From NCBI GenBank assembly GCA_000092065.1, contig CP000586.1: a stretch of 64,000 nt of DNA. One strand, 5' to 3'. Shown in pieces: positions 58,613-64,000 of this stretch. Made by a program: the position numbers and the translations under genes. The DNA comes from Ostreococcus lucimarinus (lineage: Eukaryota). Under the pieces are notes generated by a model. It saw only the letters and a list, made by a program, of their open reading frames with translations, made no database searches and was not told where the DNA came from. Each line of letters begins with the position of its first letter. Within the stretch, counting starts at the first letter, position 1.

Positions 58613-59704
58613 ATGTTCGCGAAGGCGATGATTCAAACCCGAGGGACGACCGCGGCGGTGACGCTGCGATCGACGCGACGATCGACGTCCGCGGGGGGGC
58701 GAACGCGCGCGGCGCGGGTCGTGCGGGCGATGGCGGACGCGGGGGCCGAACGACGCGCGAGCGAGACCGCGCGAGTGCTCGAAAGAACGAAAGAAATCTC
58801 GAACAGCGCGGAATTGGACGCCGCGTTGGCGCTCGCGGGGGATGATCTCGTCATGCTCGCGATCGAGAGCGACGAGGAGTGCTACGCGGGCGAGAGCGCG
58901 TGGAGTGGATCCGATGCGAAGATGGCGTCGTGTAAGCAATTGAGCGCGTCTTTGGCGCGCATCGCTCGCGAGGCGGAAGACGTGACGTTCTTGCAGCTCG
59001 ACGTCGTCGGACACGAGGACGCGCGAGCGCTCGCCAAGGAGCTCGGCGTGCACCAGTTCCCGACGTACCAGTACTACAAGCACGGTGAATTGATGTGGGA
59101 ACACGTCGGTGCGGGCGCTGGATCGCACGAAAAGATCGCCGAGGGTGTGTTGTACTACGGGAACACCGGTGCGGGTGGTATGAAGACGACCGAGTACATT
59201 CAAGAAGTGCAGAGCGCGGCGGATTTGGAAGGGTTCCTCGCTTCCTGCGCGCCGGAACAAGACGTCGCGGGCTTGGTCGCGCCGATTTCCGTGCCGTGCG
59301 AAAAGCAGCTCGCCGTCGTTGATGTTTCCATCGAAAAGAACGCCCCGGCGGGATGCATGCACATCTTCCCGGCGATCGTTTCTTTGGCCAAGAACACCGC
59401 CGGCGCGACGCGCTGGGCACGCCTCATCGGCGACGCGAGCGAAGACGCCGCGGCGTTGATGAAGTCCATGAAAGTCACCGAAGTTCCGACTTTCGTTTTC
59501 TACGCCGATGGTAAGGAAGTCGACCGATACTCCGGCTCCGACCGCATGGCGCTCATGAACAAGGTGCTTCAGTTCCAACGCGCCAACGGTGTCAAGCTTC
59601 CGGAACGCGCCACGCGCAAGCGCATGTCCACCGCCGAAGCTAAGGAAATCGCCCGCGCCGCGCGCGAGCGCGAAAAGGCCGCCGGTCGCCGATCGGGATG
59701 GTAA
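58613..59704 (+). CDS. double thioredoxin-fold protein with a plastid-type presequence (atypical; no canonical WCGPC)
   Basis: The presequence MFAKAMIQTRGTTAAVTLRSTRRSTSAGGRTRAARVV leads into two Trx-like halves. The second ends …SMKVTEVPTFVFYADGKEV, the typical Trx beta4 region, and has a single Cys in PAGCMHIF. The first half also lacks CxxC. Confidence 0.6.
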   Translation: MFAKAMIQTRGTTAAVTLRSTRRSTSAGGRTRAARVVRAMADAGAERRASETARVLERTKEISNSAELDAALALAGDDLVMLAIESDEECYAGESAWSGSDAKMASCKQLSASLARIAREAEDVTFLQLDVVGHEDARALAKELGVHQFPTYQYYKHGELMWEHVGAGAGSHEKIAEGVLYYGNTGAGGMKTTEYIQEVQSAADLEGFLASCAPEQDVAGLVAPISVPCEKQLAVVDVSIEKNAPAGCMHIFPAIVSLAKNTAGATRWARLIGDASEDAAALMKSMKVTEVPTFVFYADGKEVDRYSGSDRMALMNKVLQFQRANGVKLPERATRKRMSTAEAKEIARAAREREKAAGRRSGW

Positions 59705-59823
59705 ACACTCTACGAAACCCTGTAATTACGACGCGGCACGCAGCATTATATAGATAGTCGCCCGTTTTAATGAAAAATTGAAGCCAGACTTACAAAAGAC
59801 GCGCGCTTATCCGTTCGACCTCA

Positions 59824-60480
59824 CTAGTTTCTGCAGCCGACCTGCATGCGCGTTTCATCCACCACCGTGGAGTTTTCGCACAATCGCTTCACGTCTTCCT
59901 TTCCCACGAGCGCGTCGGTGAAATCAGCGTTCGTGAGATCGACGTTTTCAAAGCTCACCCCCGTGATGACGGCGTTCGTGAAGTTCGTCCCGATCATGTC
60001 GCTCCCGTCGAACGTCGCGCGGTCGATCACCGCGTTCGTAAAATCCACCCCAGAAAAGTTCGCATCCGGCGCATACACCTTACTCATCACCGTCTCTCGC
60101 ATGTTCGCGTCCTTCGCGTTCGTATTCACCATCAACGCCCCCGACAGCGTCTTCGTCGACATGTCCGTCTTCGCCAAGTCGCACTTTCGCAGGTCCAGCA
60201 CCCTGTCGCTCACCGCGTTCGCCTGTCCGATCGTGTTCCCCACGAACGCGCGCTCGCACCGATTCGGATCGGTGTCGATCGGCGGCAGTCGCATCTCCGC
60301 GCGCGCCGGTCCCGCGAGCGCGAGCGCGCACGCGAGCGCCGCGCCCGCGAGTCGCGTCGTCGCGCGCGCGTCGTTCGCGTCCGCCGTCGCGCGCGTCGTC
60401 GCGCGTCGCGCCGTCGCGCGCCGCGGCGTCGTCGCGCGCGCGCGTCCCGCGACGCGCGTCGTCGCCGTCGCGCGCGCCAT
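59824..60480 (-). CDS. thylakoid-lumen pentapeptide-repeat protein (TL15/TL17-like)
   Basis: Pentapeptide repeats (ANFSGVDFTNAVIDRATFDGSDMIGTNFTNAVITGVSFENVDLTNADFTDALV). The N-terminus is an Ala/Arg/Thr-rich presequence plus a hydrophobic AALACALALAGPARA-EM signal. The ATG at 60480 is preceded by a (GTC)n tract. Confidence 0.75.
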   Translation of the reverse strand: MARATATTRVAGRARATTPRRATARRATTRATADANDARATTRLAGAALACALALAGPARAEMRLPPIDTDPNRCERAFVGNTIGQANAVSDRVLDLRKCDLAKTDMSTKTLSGALMVNTNAKDANMRETVMSKVYAPDANFSGVDFTNAVIDRATFDGSDMIGTNFTNAVITGVSFENVDLTNADFTDALVGKEDVKRLCENSTVVDETRMQVGCRN

Positions 60481-60510
60481 CGTCGTCGTCGTCGTCGTCG
60501 TCGTCGTGTG
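60481..60510. repeat. (GTC)n microsatellite at the 5' end of the pentapeptide-repeat gene
   Basis: The run gtcgtcgtcgtcgtcgtcgtcgtcgtg encodes Thr9 in the upstream ORF extension. Confidence 0.85.
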
Positions 60511-60745
60511 CGGCGCGCGGCGACGACGTCGACGACGCGCGGGGTGTCCGAATGTCCGAATACGTCGCCATTCGTGTGCGCAAACAGTCACGCGTCGCTT
60601 TTCCGTCCGTTGATCCCGCGGCCGTCGTCGACGCGCCCGCGACGCGCGCGGCGACGCGAGGCGCGCGTGAACGCGAGCTAAAGGTACGATTACAACGCGC
60701 GACGCGAAAGGCGCGACGCGACCGCGGGCGCCGAGCGCCGAATGG

Positions 60746-60964
60746 CTAATACCGCGACGGTTTCACGCGCGGATTGTTCTCGAGCGCGGTCGAGTACACG
60801 TGCATCGCCGCCGAGTGCGCGCTCGCCGCGCTCGCGCGATCGCTCGCGGGCGACCACTCGCTGACGTACGCGTAGTGGGGCTTGACGTACGTCACCGCGG
60901 CGCGCGCGGCGCGCGGAAGCGCGAGGGCGAGGAGGAGGAGGAGGAGAAACGCGCGCGACGGCAT
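60746..60964 (-). CDS. candidate small secreted peptide (72 aa) with a poly-Leu signal peptide; speculative
   Basis: ATG at 60964. [22 protein letters not shown]|[20 protein letters not shown]…[10 protein letters not shown] has an n/h/c signal-peptide layout with an AxA site. The Leu6 run is encoded by a (GAG)6 microsatellite on the plus strand. The ORF lies in the spacer between two confident genes, so it could also be 5' UTR or promoter. Confidence 0.2.
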   Translation of the reverse strand: MPSRAFLLLLLLALALPRAARAAVTYVKPHYAYVSEWSPASDRASAASAHSAAMHVYSTALENNPRVKPSRY

Positions 60965-61120
60965 GGCGCGACGGCGTCGTCGTGTGACGACAGACGGCGT
61001 CGCGCGGGCGCGAGGGATCGAACGCGCGCGACGGTGGCGCGCGCGACGGTGGCGCGCGCGCGAGGGACGATCGCGGACGCGCGAGGGCGCGCGCGCGCGG
61101 GCGGGACGGCGCGATGGAGG

Positions 61121-61744
61121 ATGGGCAAATTTCGCGCGAGGACGACGGCGGCGACGGGCGACGAGACGACGGCGATGGACGCGATGGACGCGACGGGCGA
61201 CGACGACGGGTGCGTGGAGACGCGGGACGGCGACGGCGCGACGGCGCGCGCGCGTTCGAGAGCGATGGCGACGAAGAGGACGAGGACGACGCGCGACGGC
61301 GCGGCGAGACTGACGAGCGAGCGCGAGCGCGAACGCGACGACGCGCAGGGACGAGGGTTCGATGAAGGACGGGCCGATCGTGACTACGCGCGAGGCGATT
61401 ACGACGTCATGGGTGACGATGACGCCGATGCGGGCGGACCGAACGATCCGGTGCGATCGGTACAAGGTTGGATCGTACTCGTCACGGGCGTGCACGAGGA
61501 GGCGCAGGAGGACGACGTGCACGAGGCGTTCGCGGACTTTGGAGAGATTAAAAACCTCCACTTGAACCTCGATCGCCGCACGGGATACGTGAAAGGTTAC
61601 GCATTGGTAGAGTACGACACCAAGGCTGAGGCGCAGGCCGCGATCGACGGCATGGACGGCGAGACCGTGCTCGACCAGCCCGTACGCGCGAGCTGGGCGT
61701 TCGTTCGAGGCGAGCGCGCGTCTCGAGCGGGTCGACGCCGTTAG
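61121..61744 (+). CDS. RBM8A: exon-junction-complex protein Y14 (RBM8A); start uncertain (61121 or 61175)
   Basis: [90 protein letters not shown] is near-colinear with human Y14 ([69 protein letters not shown]…DWCFVRG). The acidic N-terminus [12 protein letters not shown] matches …AMDEDGDES. Upstream of 61121 the ORF is Arg-rich junk. Confidence 0.8.
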   Translation: MGKFRARTTAATGDETTAMDAMDATGDDDGCVETRDGDGATARARSRAMATKRTRTTRDGAARLTSERERERDDAQGRGFDEGRADRDYARGDYDVMGDDDADAGGPNDPVRSVQGWIVLVTGVHEEAQEDDVHEAFADFGEIKNLHLNLDRRTGYVKGYALVEYDTKAEAQAAIDGMDGETVLDQPVRASWAFVRGERASRAGRRR

Positions 61745-61960
61745 CGCGCGCCGGCGGTGTTTCAGTGCGTGCTTGCTCTCCTCTTCTGGTCGGATGTAGT
61801 ATCATAGTCATACACGCTTCCTCGCGCGTTCGCCTGTCGTGCTCTCCTCGCGTTCGCGCTCGACTTGAAATCCTCCAAATTTCAAATTTTTTTTCCAAAT
61901 TTCAGCTGTCACCGCGCATGCAAGCGCGCGATACTTCACACCCCACCTCCCACTGCGACC

Positions 61961-63144
61961 ATGTTCGAAGCCAGAATCAAGCAAGGCGCCGTGCTCAAGA
62001 AAGTCCTCGACTCGGTCAAGGACCTCGTCACCGACGCCAACTTCGAGGCCGACCCCGTCGAAGGTTTCAAACTCCAAGCCATGGATTCGAGCCACGTCTC
62101 GTTGGTCTCGCTCAAGCTTCACGCCGATGGCTTCGAGCACTACCGATGCGATCGCGCGTTGACGATGGGGATGAACCTGGCAAATATGGTGCGTCGATCG
62201 GCGTCGTCGAACGGGCGTCGTGGCGCGCACGCGCGCGGCGCGAGGCGATTCCACGCGCGATCGGGTCGTTCGCGGTTCGCGGTCGGCGCGCGCGATGCCG
62301 CGCGTGTGTGACGCCGCGTGACGTCGCGTGGGGGATGCGTCGACGTGGAACGGTGAAAGAAAATTGTTTGGGTCGAACGGCGCGGTCGCGCGCGGTGATG
62401 CGCGCGCGCGCGAGGTGGACGCGTGCGATGCAGTTGACTGACGAGTTTTGCTGGTTTGATTTTAAACTCCTCGCAGGCGAAGATGTTGAAGTGCGCCGGT
62501 AACGATGACGCGATCACGATGAAGGCGGATGACGCGGGTGATACCGTGACGTTCATGTTTGAATCTCCGGGTGCGTGGCGACGCGCGCGCGCGAACGAGC
62601 GAGTGTAGGAGCGCGACGACACGCGAACGTGTTCAAAGCGCCAGACGACTGACGAGACGACACCTTTCCACGCTTGACAGATCAACAAAAGATTTCGGAC
62701 TTTGAATTGAAGCTAATGGACATCGACAGCGAACACTTGGGGATTCCGGAGACGGACTATGACGTCACACTCAGAATGCCTTCGGTTGAGTTTCAACGCA
62801 TCTGCCGCGACTTGGCGTCCATCGGCGATACGGTGGGCATCAGCGTGACGAAGGATGGCGTCAAGTTTTCTACTACGGGTGACATTGGTGAAGCGAACAT
62901 TACCGTGCGCCAAAACTCCGAGGATGACAAGGACAAGATGATCGCCATCGAACTCGGCGCGCCGGTGAGCTTGACCTTTGCGCTCCGCTACTTGAACTCT
63001 TTCACCAAGGCGACTCCGTTGTGCGACCAAGTGATCGTCCGCTTGAGCCCGAACTTGCCGGTCGTCGTGCAGTACGCTGTTACTGAAGTTGGCTATGTCT
63101 CGTACTTCCTGGCGCCGAAGATCGAAGATGACGACGCTATGTAG
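61961..63144 (+). CDS. PCNA: PCNA, 261 aa, three exons: join(61961..62188, 62477..62570, 62681..63144)
   Basis: Exon 1: [23 protein letters not shown]…[16 protein letters not shown]. Exon 2: [31 protein letters not shown]-. Exon 3: [24 protein letters not shown]…[12 protein letters not shown]. The whole is colinear with human PCNA. The spliced length is exactly 261 aa. Donors are GTGCGT (62189, 62571) and acceptors are CAG (62474..62476, 62678..62680). Exon 2 is absent from the ORF track because it is only 94 nt. Confidence 0.9.
62189..62476 (+). other. PCNA intron 1 (288 nt, GC-rich; GTGCGT…CGCAG)
   Basis: Defined by restoring colinearity with PCNA (…LANM|AKMLKCAGN…). It contains in-frame stops. 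Confidence 0.8.
62571..62680 (+). other. PCNA intron 2 (110 nt; GTGCGT…TTGACAG), phase 1
   Basis: Splicing yields …[19 protein letters not shown], matching human VFEAPNQEKVSDYEMKLMD. Confidence 0.8.
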
Positions 63145-63278
63145 ATTTGCGTTCGTGCGTCATTAGAAAACGACCTGGTTAGCGAGAGCGAGTGTGAAAT
63201 ATTACAGAAATCGAATCCTTCATGAACAAACAATCGCTATCGTACATAAAATTACATTTCCTAACCGTTCTAATCGTA

Positions 63279-64000
63279 TCATCGCCACAGCGCGTCGGCT
63301 ACTCGCGCGGCGTCCGCGGACAGCGCGACGTTATGAACTCGGACGACGTCCGCACCACCTCTAACGGCGGCGACGAGCGCTGCCACGGACGCGGCGTCTC
63401 GCTCGCTCGCTTCGGACCTTCCCGATATCTCACCGAGAAAACGTTTGCGAGACGCACCCACGAGCATCGGGGCGTTCATGAGCGCTCCGCCTAAGGGGGC
63501 TAAGCGGCTTCGGACGCGTGGCAAATCTCGCAACAGCTCGATGTTGGCTCGACCCGTCTTCGCGAAACCGATGCCCGGATCAATCCACAGACGCCATGGC
63601 TCTATACCGTACTCCACACATCGACGTGCGGTCGCTAAGAGACCATCACCAACCTCGTCACAAATGTGCCCATCGTACGTCGTGTTCTTCGCGCTCTGCA
63701 TACTGTTCGGATCGCCTCGAACATGCATGACGACGTACGGCAGAGGCTTCTCCAAACGCGCCACCGTCGGTAGCATCGCGGGGTCCCACGCTCCGCCGCT
63801 GACATCGTTGATGATGTCAGCCCCAGCATCCGCAGCCGCGCTCGCGACGGCGCCATAAAACGTATCTACAGAGATGTAAACGTCTTCTCTTTCGCTAAAC
63901 GCTTGAGCGAGCGCGCGTATGACGGGGATCACCCGCGAACTCTCTACTTCTCCACTCACCCTCGTCGCCCCTGGTCGCGTCGACTGCCCACCAACGTCTA
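63279..64000 (-). CDS. dihydropteroate synthase (pterin-binding domain; probably the DHPS part of HPPK-DHPS), 3' part only, continuing beyond the right edge of the window
   Basis: Motifs: SVDTFYGAVASAAADAGADIINDVSGG; WIDPGIGFAKT; MLVGASRKRFLG; RGGADVVRVHNV. These are classic DHPS pterin-binding signatures. The ORF-track Met is internal, and the ORF is open to the window end. Confidence 0.75.
   Translation of the reverse strand, partial: DVGGQSTRPGATRVSGEVESSRVIPVIRALAQAFSEREDVYISVDTFYGAVASAAADAGADIINDVSGGAWDPAMLPTVARLEKPLPYVVMHVRGDPNSMQSAKNTTYDGHICDEVGDGLLATARRCVEYGIEPWRLWIDPGIGFAKTGRANIELLRDLPRVRSRLAPLGGALMNAPMLVGASRKRFLGEISGRSEASERDAASVAALVAAVRGGADVVRVHNVALSADAARVADALWR

Noticed and set aside
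1-64000. Prokaryotic operon, CRISPR or defence-island interpretation
   Set aside because: No direct-repeat/spacer arrays are present. The genes are eukaryote-specific (BRF1, APC1, PCNA, Y14, PABPN1, UMP1, ATG10). Spliceosomal introns are present. Genes alternate strands with short bidirectional promoters.

Overview
The window is very GC-rich (about 65-70% overall) and gene-dense on both strands, with roughly one gene every 1.7-2 kb. It reads as eukaryotic nuclear DNA, not prokaryotic. The proteins are eukaryote-specific: BRF1, MSH6 with a PIP box, PCNA, APC1, SAC9 with a WW domain, PABPN1, Y14/RBM8A, UMP1, ATG10, RPAP1-like, ZCCHC10-like and a DEAH/RHA helicase. Several carry plastid, lumen or mitochondrial presequences: a thylakoid-lumen cyclophilin with a twin-arginine signal, a pentapeptide-repeat lumen protein, a carotenoid-isomerase-like oxidase, and PDH E1beta. 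Most genes are intronless, but three contain short spliceosomal introns with GTGCGT/GTACGT/GTGCGA donors and CAG acceptors (PCNA, the DEAH helicase, the carotenoid-isomerase-like gene). Intergenic spacers are tiny, with head-to-head promoters of 50-270 bp and convergent 3' ends of 70-130 bp. This suggests a compact GC-rich green picoalga of the Mamiellophyceae, possibly Micromonas-like; that is an inference from composition and gene content, not a database hit. Because of the high GC, almost every gene has long spurious antisense or out-of-frame ORFs with Arg/Ala/Ser-rich translations in the six-frame track. The track also uses alternative start codons (GTG/TTG), so I re-derived most starts from the first plausible ATG. 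No rRNA, tRNA, CRISPR array or obvious transposon was recognised. The most unusual content is a set of atypical domain fusions: a lipoyl domain fused to PDH E1beta, SETD7-like MORN+SET fused to a spermidine-synthase-like domain, SPIRAL1 motifs with a SAP domain, and ankyrin+LRR+KH. There is also a recently duplicated tandem pair of GT25-type glycosyltransferase genes with near-identical gene-conversion tracts, a large unclassifiable secreted or membrane protein with three C-terminal ~120-aa repeats, and several introns and microsatellites that the ORF track does not explain.
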